Of a stretch of DNA of 54,531 bases, positions 47,102 to 54,531 are shown in pieces (within the stretch, counting starts at the first letter, position 1; every line of letters starts with the position of its first letter). The notes under the pieces were generated by a model. That model did not search any database. It was not told the DNA's origin and was given only the letters and a program-made list of their open reading frames with translations. This DNA comes from a bacterium (GTDB taxonomy: Bacteria; Methylomirabilota; Methylomirabilia; CAVQYV01): positions 1 to 54,531 of the forward strand of contig JAZDMQ010000114.1 of the NCBI GenBank assembly GCA_043800755.1, read 5' to 3'. The position numbers were made by a program, and so were the translations under genes.

Positions 47102-48517
47102 TCAGGCCAAATTTGCCAGATAGGCCAATTGGTTACCGATTGGCCCCAATTCCTCCTCGGTCACGGTAAGCATATCCAAGATCAGGGCGCCCTTCTTGAT
47201 CCTCGTTAGGATGGGGGGATTTCCGTTCCTCAACCCCTCCTCCAGCCACTGCACCGAGAGGGAGGAGGGTCTCAGGGTCACCCATCGGGTGGGGATCAAG
47301 ACCCCGGGCAGGGAGCCTCCTCCCGCTTCGGCCTCTCCTGCTTCAATCTGCGGAGCAAAGGCCCTCCGGGCTACCGGCCCCATCCATTCCACCAACCTCT
47401 GGGCCCGCTGCTCCATCCACTCCAGGGGGGCGCTGAGGGCGGAAAGGACCGGGATCTCCTTCATGGCCTCCCCCTGTAGATAGATCCTCAGGGTGGCCTC
47501 CAGGCAGGCCAGGCTCAGCTTGTCCAGGCGCATGGCTCGGGCCAGGGGATTTTTTCCCAGCCTCTGGACCAGATCATCCCTTCCTAAGATCAGACCCGCC
47601 TGTGGGCCTCCCAAGAGCTTATCCCCGGAGAAGCAGACCAGATCCGCCCCGGCCTCCACGCTCTCCTTGACCAGTGGTTCCTTGGGCAGCCCCAGTAGAG
47701 AGAGATCCACCATCGCCCCGCTTCCCAAATCCTCCGCCACCGGCACCTGGTACCGCCTTCCCAATCCAACCAGCTCCCCGAGTGAACAGGCGGCGGTGAA
47801 TCCCGAGAGGCGAAAATTGCTAGTGTGAACCTTGAGCAGGAGGCCGGTCTGGGGACTCATTGCCTCCTCATAGTCGGAGAGGTAGGTCTTGTTGGTGGTC
47901 CCCACCTCACGCAGCAAGGCCCCTCCCTTTTTCATGATCTCAGGAAGGCGGAAGGATCCCCCGATCTCCACCAGCTCCCCGCGAGAGACGATGACCTCCT
48001 TTCCCTCGGCCACGGTATTAATGATGAGGAACAGGGCTGCCGCATTGTTATTCACCACCAAGGAGGCCTCGGCCCCCGTTAGCTCATGCAGCAAGGGCTG
48101 CACATGCATCTGCCGGTTGCCCCGCAGATCCCCTCTCAGGTCGTATTCCAGGTTGGAATAATACAGGGCAATCTCCTGCGCTCGTTCCATAGCCCTGGGC
48201 GCCAGGAGGGCCCGTCCCAGGTTGGTATGAAGGATGACCCCGGTGGCATTGATCACCCGGCAGAGGGTGGCAGCAAAACGGGTCCTTGCTGCCTCCACCA
48301 ACTCCTGGGAGACCAACTGCTCCTCCATCGGCGCGGGTTTCTTGCCCTGCAGGATCTCCTGCCTTTTCTCCTCCAGGAACCCCCGCACACACTCCACCAG
48401 AGCCCATCGCGGATAGGCACCCGCCAAAGCCTTGACCGCCTCCCACCCCAGCACCTCATCTACGGAGGGAAGGGAGCGCAGCCAGCCTTCGCGCTCTGAC
48501 CTGGTCACCTCGGTCAA
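47102..48517 (-). CDS. selA: L-seryl-tRNA(Sec) selenium transferase
   Basis: VINATGVILHTNLGRA, VNNNAAA, SRGELVEIGG, FSGDKLLGGPQ; TTG start overlapping the MOSC stop. Confidence 0.95.
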   Translation of the reverse strand: MTEVTRSEREGWLRSLPSVDEVLGWEAVKALAGAYPRWALVECVRGFLEEKRQEILQGKKPAPMEEQLVSQELVEAARTRFAATLCRVINATGVILHTNLGRALLAPRAMERAQEIALYYSNLEYDLRGDLRGNRQMHVQPLLHELTGAEASLVVNNNAAALFLIINTVAEGKEVIVSRGELVEIGGSFRLPEIMKKGGALLREVGTTNKTYLSDYEEAMSPQTGLLLKVHTSNFRLSGFTAACSLGELVGLGRRYQVPVAEDLGSGAMVDLSLLGLPKEPLVKESVEAGADLVCFSGDKLLGGPQAGLILGRDDLVQRLGKNPLARAMRLDKLSLACLEATLRIYLQGEAMKEIPVLSALSAPLEWMEQRAQRLVEWMGPVARRAFAPQIEAGEAEAGGGSLPGVLIPTRWVTLRPSSLSVQWLEEGLRNGNPPILTRIKKGALILDMLTVTEEELGPIGNQLAYLANLA

Positions 48518-48966
48518 TCCACCTCTCCTATCACCTCGATGGGGTCCCCGGGGAGGATCTTGCCCCCCTTCAGCACCTTGACGAAGATACCCTCCTTGGG
48601 CATCACGCAATCTCCAGCCAAATAATAGATCGCGCAGCGGCTGTGACACTCCTTCCCAATCTGGGTCACCTCCACCAGGACCTCCTTCTCCTTTCCCAGG
48701 GCCAGGCGGGTGCCTACCGGCAAGCGCAGCAGGTCAATCCCCCGGGTGGTCAGGTTCTCTGCGAAATCCCCCGGGCCAACCTCCAGCCCCTGGGATACCA
48801 TCTTCTCGATGCTCTCCATGGCCAACAGACTGACTTGTCGGTGTCCTCCCCCCGCGTGGGCATCGCCCTCGATGCCGTGATCAGTCAGAAGATGTGCCTC
48901 TTTCACATTGTGCTTCCGGGTCCCCTTCTGCTCACTCACCGAAATGGCGACCATTTGACCTTTCAT
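48514..48966 (-). CDS. MOSC domain protein
   Basis: GDAHAG..RQVSLL, GDFAENL, QIGKECH..C..CVMPKEG. Confidence 0.92.
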   Translation of the reverse strand: MKGQMVAISVSEQKGTRKHNVKEAHLLTDHGIEGDAHAGGGHRQVSLLAMESIEKMVSQGLEVGPGDFAENLTTRGIDLLRLPVGTRLALGKEKEVLVEVTQIGKECHSRCAIYYLAGDCVMPKEGIFVKVLKGGKILPGDPIEVIGEVD

Positions 48967-49207
48967 ACCTGCCTCCTTCAAAGGCGAAACTGATCAGGCC
49001 AACAGATTTTCATTAGCACAAACTCCCCAAAAATTCAAGCCAATTGCGACCCAGCCCTTCCTGTCCATCCTTTCTTTCCCCAACCTTCATCTCACCCGAC
49101 CAGGTTTCCCCTCACCATTTCCCTTGACGGGGGGCGTGGCTTTTGCTACAGGAACATGGAAGCCCGGAACGGCCCACATCAGAGAGAAAAGAAAGCAGGG
49201 AGCTGTC

Positions 49208-50146
49208 ATGGCCACCTATGCCGTGATCGATTTGGGAAGCAACACGGTGCGACTCCTTATCGCCCAGGTCTTTGAGGATCATCCTCCCTCCCGGCCCCAC
49301 CTCCTCTTTCAGGCCCAGGAGATCACCCGCCTGGGCGAGGGGGTTTCGCAGACGAAAAGGATCAAAGAGGAGGCGGCGGAGAGGACGATCTCTCTTCTCG
49401 CGCGATATCAGGAGACGATCGGCGATTATCGTCCCCAACGCCTGGAGATCGTGGGCACCGAGGCTTTGAGGGAGGCCGAGAATGCGAAAGAATTCATCGG
49501 GCAGGTCGAAGGCGCCTTGGGGTGGAGGATTCGAGTCCTGACCCCCGGGGAGGAGGCCCGTCTGACCCTCCTGGGCATTCGATATGCCCCCCTCGATCTG
49601 CCCGCCAGGCTGATCGTCCTGGATATCGGGGGCTCCTCGACCGAGCTCGCTCAGGCCGACGGGCTGCAATTGAGCCACCTGGTCAGCCTTCCCTTGGGGG
49701 CGGTAGGCACCCAGGAGGAATTCCTCAGCGCCGATCCCCCCACCACGGAAGAGATCGAAAGGATGTTCTCCTCTCTTCGGAGACGACTGTCGCTCCCCTT
49801 TTCTCCTTTCGTCTCCCTGCGGGATCATCTCCTGGTGGGCACTGCGGGTACTATCACTACCCTGGCTTCCGTCCATCTGGGGCTGAGAGAATATGACCCG
49901 GAAAAGGTCAATGGCCTGATCCTGACCCACCGCCAGATCGGAGAGATCTTCGAGCGACTGCGCCAGCTGCCGCTGGCCCTGCGGACCAAGGTCCCTGGCC
50001 TGGAGGCGAAACGGGCCGACATCATCCTCTCCGGCGCGGCCATATTGCTCGTCACCCTAAAGGTCCTCCAACAAGAGCGCATTGAGATCTCGGATGGGGG
50101 TCTCCGCGAAGGACTCCTCCTGAGCCTCCTGAGCAAGGGGGATTGA
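49208..50146 (+). CDS. Ppx/GppA-family phosphatase
   Basis: IDLGSNT, EEARL, DIGGSSTE, GLREG. Confidence 0.92.
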   Translation: MATYAVIDLGSNTVRLLIAQVFEDHPPSRPHLLFQAQEITRLGEGVSQTKRIKEEAAERTISLLARYQETIGDYRPQRLEIVGTEALREAENAKEFIGQVEGALGWRIRVLTPGEEARLTLLGIRYAPLDLPARLIVLDIGGSSTELAQADGLQLSHLVSLPLGAVGTQEEFLSADPPTTEEIERMFSSLRRRLSLPFSPFVSLRDHLLVGTAGTITTLASVHLGLREYDPEKVNGLILTHRQIGEIFERLRQLPLALRTKVPGLEAKRADIILSGAAILLVTLKVLQQERIEISDGGLREGLLLSLLSKGD

Positions 50147-50171
50147 CAAGCAATCTCCCCTCTGGTATAAA
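50143..50171 (+). promoter_or_regulatory. Putative sigma70 promoter for the HNH gene
   Basis: TTGACA-17 bp-TATAAA with TGn extended -10. Confidence 0.55.
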
Positions 50172-50213
50172 GAGGCGGGATTTAACGGCCCCCTTTTACC
50201 TCCTGAATTTACC

Positions 50214-50792
50214 ATGATCAACAAGATAAAGGCCCTGGTACTCAATCAATCCTTTGAGCCCTTACAGATCTGCACTGCCAAAAGGGCCATCGTTCTTCTC
50301 TTCAGTGGAAAGGCACAACGGGTGGAGGATTCGGACCGCTCCATCGCCTCCCCCACCCTGGTCATCGTCCTGCCCTCCGTCATTCGCCTCAATCGCTACA
50401 TCCCCCGCCCCTTGAAATACACCCTGGCCTTCAACAAGAAGAATATCCTGAAGCGGGATAACTTCACCTGTCAGTACTGCGGGAGGGACAGCGGGGAGAG
50501 GCTGACCATCGACCATGTGCTCCCCAAATCCCTGGGAGGGCGTACCGTCTGGGAGAATGTGGTCTCTGCCTGTCGGGCCTGCAACCTGAGAAAGGGAAAT
50601 AAGACCGTGGTCGAGGCCAACATGGAACTGCTTTGCCCCCCTGCCCGCCCCCTCTCCCTGTTTCACCTTACCCTGGCCGCCTTTTCCCTGAACGCGGCCC
50701 AGGGATGGCAAAAGTATCTCCCTTGCACCCCTTCTCCGGTGAGCCGCCCCCCGGCAAGCCTTGAGGAACCTTCGAATGCGAGGATTTCCTGA
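50214..50792 (+). CDS. HNH endonuclease (McrA-like)
   Basis: LVLNQSFEPL, RDNFTCQYCG, TIDHVLP..GG..WENVVSACRACN. Confidence 0.92.
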   Translation: MINKIKALVLNQSFEPLQICTAKRAIVLLFSGKAQRVEDSDRSIASPTLVIVLPSVIRLNRYIPRPLKYTLAFNKKNILKRDNFTCQYCGRDSGERLTIDHVLPKSLGGRTVWENVVSACRACNLRKGNKTVVEANMELLCPPARPLSLFHLTLAAFSLNAAQGWQKYLPCTPSPVSRPPASLEEPSNARIS

Positions 50793-50846
50793 TCTCCCTG
50801 TTCACTCGCTATCCGTCTCCTCAACCCCTCGAGAGAGGTAAAGGCC

Positions 50847-51293
50847 ATGAAAAACAACGCTACCAGACAGATCAGATCACTGCTCCTTTGCTGCTGTTTC
50901 TTCGCTCTGGGTCTCGGCTTCCTCTTGGCGGGAGTCGAAATGGCGGGAGGACCGTCCCCGGTCGCGGCCACCTCGCCTTCCACGATGGAAGTCCGGCATC
51001 TGGTAGGACCTGGGGAAGACCTTCACCTATTAGCCGCCTACTACTACGGGGACGCCCGCCAGTGGGAGAAGATCTTTCAGGCCAATCGCCATCAGATCAA
51101 GAACCCCAATCGGATCTCTCCCCAGCAGGTCCTGCGCATCGAGGTCCCGACCGGCTGGCAGCCTCGAATGCCCTTCTCTGCCTGGATGGAACAATTTAGG
51201 GCGGCCCCTTCCTCGAAAGAGGCCCCACCTACGGAGGCGGAGAAACTCCCATCCGGGGAACCGGGGAAAAATGAGAGCAAGGGGGGCCTTTAG
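50847..51293 (+). CDS. Secreted LysM-domain protein
   Basis: Signal/TM segment, HLVGPGEDL..YYG..WEKIFQAN..NPNRISP..LRI. Confidence 0.85.
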   Translation: MKNNATRQIRSLLLCCCFFALGLGFLLAGVEMAGGPSPVAATSPSTMEVRHLVGPGEDLHLLAAYYYGDARQWEKIFQANRHQIKNPNRISPQQVLRIEVPTGWQPRMPFSAWMEQFRAAPSSKEAPPTEAEKLPSGEPGKNESKGGL

Positions 51294-51364
51294 TGAGCGT
51301 TAGCCTTCGGTGAAGCGGAGCCTGTCCGTCCCGCGCTGCGCATACTCTCTCCTGCCGTCCATCT

Positions 51365-53383
51365 ATGCCATCCTTCGAGTTGATTTGTCCCTTTGAGCCC
51401 AAGGGCGACCAGATCCAGGCCATCACCCAGTTGACCGAGGGCGTGCTCCGCGGGGAGCGCCACCAGGTGCTACTGGGGGTCACCGGCTCCGGGAAAACCT
51501 TCACCATGGCCAACCTCATCGCCCATATCCAGGTTCCCACCCTGATCATTGCCCACAACAAGACCCTGGCGGCTCAACTCTACTCGGAGTTTCGGAATTT
51601 TTTCCCCAAGAATGCGGTGGAGTATTTTGTCAGCTATTACGACTATTACCAGCCTGAGGCTTACATCCCCCATACCGACACCTACATTGAAAAGGACGCG
51701 CTCATCAATGATCACATCAATAAGCTGCGGCACTCCGCCACCCACTCGTTGCTGGAGCGCCGCGATGTAATCATCGTCGCCTCGGTCTCCTGCATCTATG
51801 GGTTGGGATCGCCCGAGATCTATCAGGGGATGATGGCCTATCTGCAAGAGGCCCGACCCTATCCCCGGCAGAGCCTCCTCTCCCGGCTGGTGGAGATCCA
51901 ATACCAGCGCAATGACCTCGATTTCCATCGGGGGACCTTTCGGGTGCGGGGGGATGTGGTCGAGGTCTTCCCCGCCTACGAAGACCTCGCCTACCGCATC
52001 GAGCTCTGGGGAGATGAAGTGGAGGCCATCTATCAGATCGATCCCCTGAAGGGAGACCGCCTGGCGCGCCTCCCCCATCTCTCCATCTATCCGGCCAATC
52101 ACTATGTGACCCCCCGGGACCGCCGGGAAGAGGCCCTCCAGGCTATTGAGGAGGAGATGGAGGGTAGGATCAAGAAATTCGAAAGCGAGGGAAAACTCTT
52201 GGAGGCCCAACGCATCCGGCAGCGGACCCTATTTGATTTGGAAATGATCCGGGAGATCGGGACCTGTAAGGGGATCGAGAACTACTCGCGACATCTGGAC
52301 GGCCGGGCCCCAGGGAGTCCTCCGGCCAACCTCATCGATTACCTGCCGGAGGATGCTCTGATCATCGTCGACGAGTCGCATCAAACCATCCCCCAGCTGC
52401 GCGGGATGTCGGCCGGTGATCGCTCGCGCAAGGCCAATCTCATCGATTATGGATTCCGTCTGCCCTCGGCCTTCGACAATCGACCCTTGACTTTCAAGGA
52501 GTTCGAGCGGGCGGCTCGCCAGCTGATTTATGTCTCGGCGACTCCCGGGCCCTATGAACTGGAGAAGGCTAAGGGGAAAGTCGCCGAACAGATCATCCGG
52601 CCCACCGGCCTGATCGATCCGAAGATCCTCCTCAAGCCGGCAAAGGGGCAGGTGGATGACCTCATGCAGCAGATCCAGGAGCGGGCGGCCAAGGATCAAA
52701 GGGTCCTGGTCACTACCCTGACCAAGCGTATGGCCGAGCACCTGGCCGATTATTACGCAGACCTGGGCCTGCGGGTGCGCTATCTCCATTCGGAGATCGA
52801 TACCTTAGAGCGCAACGAGATTATCCGCAACCTCCGCCTGGGAAAGTTTGACTGCCTGATCGGGATCAACCTGCTACGAGAGGGGTTAGATATCCCGGAG
52901 GTCTCCCTGGTGGCCATCCTGGATGCGGACAAGGAGGGCTTCCTGCGGTCCGCCGGCTCCCTGATCCAGACCGCGGGGAGGGCGGCACGCAATGTGGAGG
53001 GGACGGTCATCTTCTATGCAGAGAACATCACCGGCTCCATGCAGCAGGCGATCAACGAGACCAACCGGAGGCGCCAGCTGCAGATGGCCTATAACCAGGA
53101 ACATGGTATCACCCCGGAATCCATCGTAAAGTCCATCGGGGATGTCCTCTCCAGCATCTACGAGAAGGATTACTACACGGTGCCCGTGCCCCCGGAGGCC
53201 GAGCGGGCCGAGTATGTGCCCAGAGATCAGATCCCGGCCATGATCGTCCAACTGGAGAAGGAGATGCGGGCGGCTGCCAAAAGCTTGGAATTCGAACGGG
53301 CCGCGGAGCTCCGCGATAAGATCCAGGCCCTGGAGCAACGCCGCTTGGGGATCGTGGAGGGTCATCTCTCACGGAGAGAATAG
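51365..53383 (+). CDS. uvrB: Excinuclease ABC subunit B
   Basis: [23 protein letters not shown]-terminal FERAAELRD. Confidence 0.98.
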   Translation: MPSFELICPFEPKGDQIQAITQLTEGVLRGERHQVLLGVTGSGKTFTMANLIAHIQVPTLIIAHNKTLAAQLYSEFRNFFPKNAVEYFVSYYDYYQPEAYIPHTDTYIEKDALINDHINKLRHSATHSLLERRDVIIVASVSCIYGLGSPEIYQGMMAYLQEARPYPRQSLLSRLVEIQYQRNDLDFHRGTFRVRGDVVEVFPAYEDLAYRIELWGDEVEAIYQIDPLKGDRLARLPHLSIYPANHYVTPRDRREEALQAIEEEMEGRIKKFESEGKLLEAQRIRQRTLFDLEMIREIGTCKGIENYSRHLDGRAPGSPPANLIDYLPEDALIIVDESHQTIPQLRGMSAGDRSRKANLIDYGFRLPSAFDNRPLTFKEFERAARQLIYVSATPGPYELEKAKGKVAEQIIRPTGLIDPKILLKPAKGQVDDLMQQIQERAAKDQRVLVTTLTKRMAEHLADYYADLGLRVRYLHSEIDTLERNEIIRNLRLGKFDCLIGINLLREGLDIPEVSLVAILDADKEGFLRSAGSLIQTAGRAARNVEGTVIFYAENITGSMQQAINETNRRRQLQMAYNQEHGITPESIVKSIGDVLSSIYEKDYYTVPVPPEAERAEYVPRDQIPAMIVQLEKEMRAAAKSLEFERAAELRDKIQALEQRRLGIVEGHLSRRE

Positions 53384-53388
53384 CAGCG

Positions 53389-53646
53389 CTATGCTTTTTC
53401 TAATATTTCGTGCTTGCCGATGCGGAGAAGGATATAGCCTTCCGAAGTGATCTGAAACAAGAAGCGGTAGTCCATGCTGATGCTGCCTTCAAAGATGTCT
53501 GCGTGTCTTTGGACCTTTTTTACTCTTAAGGAGGGGTGGGACAGGTTCTGAACCAAAAGCCTCAGTTTCTTATCGGTGAGTTCCTGAACGGCGGGGGACA
53601 ATTTCTTATAGTCGCGCTTAAAGTGGTTGGTTCTGACTAATTTCAT
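53389..53646 (-). CDS. RelE/ParE-superfamily toxin
   Basis: TNHFKRDYKKL..HPSLRVKK..YRFLF..LRIGKH. Confidence 0.8.
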   Translation of the reverse strand: MKLVRTNHFKRDYKKLSPAVQELTDKKLRLLVQNLSHPSLRVKKVQRHADIFEGSISMDYRFLFQITSEGYILLRIGKHEILEKA

Positions 53647-53919
53647 CTAACCATGGAGGTCTTCTATTAGCTCCTCTATCTCCTGAAATTCTTTAGTCTT
53701 GCCTTCCTTCACTTCCCCTAAGGCTTCCTTAAGTACCTGTTCCCCTTTTTTTGACAAGGTCACAGGTGGGGCCTTCTCGATTAGGATCTGAGGCACAAGA
53801 ACGATCTTGTTACCTTCCACAGTCACTTCCAGATAATCGCCTTCCTTAACGTCCAAGGCCTTGCGGACTTGGCTTGGAAGCGTGATCTGAGCCTTCTGTC
53901 TGATTTGAACGAGTGGCAT
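53647..53919 (-). CDS. AbrB/MazE-like antitoxin
   Basis: QITLPSQVRKALDVKEGDYLEV..IVLVP; C-terminal ALGEVKEGK..EELIEDL. Confidence 0.85.
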   Translation of the reverse strand: MPLVQIRQKAQITLPSQVRKALDVKEGDYLEVTVEGNKIVLVPQILIEKAPPVTLSKKGEQVLKEALGEVKEGKTKEFQEIEELIEDLHG

Positions 53920-53982
53920 CACTTCCCCCCTATGGTTGTGAATCCCGGATAACTTGGGAAATTCGGAAGTTCTTACTTTCTC

Positions 53983-54010
53983 ATGATAGCTGAACAGCAC
54001 GGAATGTCAA
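53983..54010 (-). promoter_or_regulatory. Putative sigma70 promoter of the leftward TA pair
   Basis: Minus strand TTGACA-16 bp-TATCAT. Confidence 0.55.
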
Positions 54011-54156
54011 GGGAATTTGTCTTTGATGCTTCGAAGCTTGCTCTTTCTCAGGAAATCCGGAGTGTGCAGCTCTACCTTTCGGCCCAGCAGATGGGAAAGC
54101 TCCAATTCCATAATGACTGCATGGCCTTTGGGGCAATCTCCAGCGAAAGAAGTTCA

Positions 54157-54184
54157 TTGACTTCTGTATTACTGTTGTTATAAT
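54157..54184 (+). promoter_or_regulatory. Putative sigma70 promoter of the rightward TA pair
   Basis: TTGACT-16 bp-TATAAT; GTATTAC palindrome in the spacer (possible operator). Confidence 0.6.
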
Positions 54185-54205
54185 TTCTCCGAAAGGAGAT
54201 TCACT

Positions 54206-54430
54206 ATGTTGAAGACCGCTGTCCGCCGAGTAGGCAATAGTCTCGGAATCACCCTTCCCAAGACCATCGTCGAAAACTACCAACTGAGCGAAGGGGATGA
54301 GCTGCACCTCATCGAAACCGCTGAGGGGGTGATGCTTACCCCATTCAACCCGCGCTTCGCTGAGTGGGCCAAGGCGTACGAAAAGACCAACAAGCGTTAT
54401 CGGAATACTCTTCGTGCCCTGGCCCGATAA
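54206..54430 (+). CDS. AbrB/MazE-family antitoxin (Doc-associated)
   Basis: VRRVGNSLGITLPK..GDEL..LTPF..YRNTLRALA. Confidence 0.88.
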   Translation: MLKTAVRRVGNSLGITLPKTIVENYQLSEGDELHLIETAEGVMLTPFNPRFAEWAKAYEKTNKRYRNTLRALAR

Positions 54431-54531
54431 TGGCTATCCGTTTCATTCCCGACGATATCGTACCATTGATCCATGCAGACCTGCTCCGCAGGTATGGTGG
54501 ACGGCCTGGGCTGCGGGATCGTAACCTTTTG
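54430..54531 (+). CDS. doc: Doc/Fic-family toxin, 5' part (truncated by the window end)
   Basis: TAATG coupling; MAIRFIPDDIVPLIHADLLRRYGGRPGLRDRNLL matches the Doc N-terminus (IH..YGG..G.RD..LL). Confidence 0.82.
   Translation, partial: MAIRFIPDDIVPLIHADLLRRYGGRPGLRDRNLL

Noticed and set aside
1-54531. CRISPR array, rRNA or complete tRNA
   Set aside because: No regularly spaced repeats or full RNA gene structures were seen.

Overview
GC-rich bacterial chromosomal window, most likely from an anaerobic or facultatively anaerobic diderm (lolA, selA, hydrogenases). Most of it is housekeeping: galU-lon-rnj-ftsK-lolA-acyl-CoA ligase-rimO-pgpA-cinA-thpR; moeA; MOSC-selA-tmk-holB-ricT-metG-tatD-galT; ppx-HNH-LysM-uvrB. 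Three accessory zones interrupt this. (1) At 1-3300 is the 3' end of a probable REP-associated (HUH/Y1) transposase. It is followed by an ABC/AAA-ATPase + TOPRIM-like (DUF4276-type) pair bracketed by a 25-bp imperfect inverted repeat, then a scar zone with further degenerate end motifs and a tRNA 3' fragment, then a MazEF-type TA pair. (2) At about 21.6-35.6 kb is a hydrogen island. A sensory-type [FeFe]-hydrogenase domain fused to a histidine kinase, a lone receiver, a group 3b [NiFe]-hydrogenase and a hybrid kinase run in one direction behind a near-perfect Rex box. Divergently lie the H-cluster maturases hydE-hydG-hydF, with an internally deleted aspA remnant between hydG and hydF. No catalytic [FeFe]-hydrogenase is present in the window. 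(3) At the right end are two divergent TA modules. All calls come from reading motifs by eye; no searches were run.
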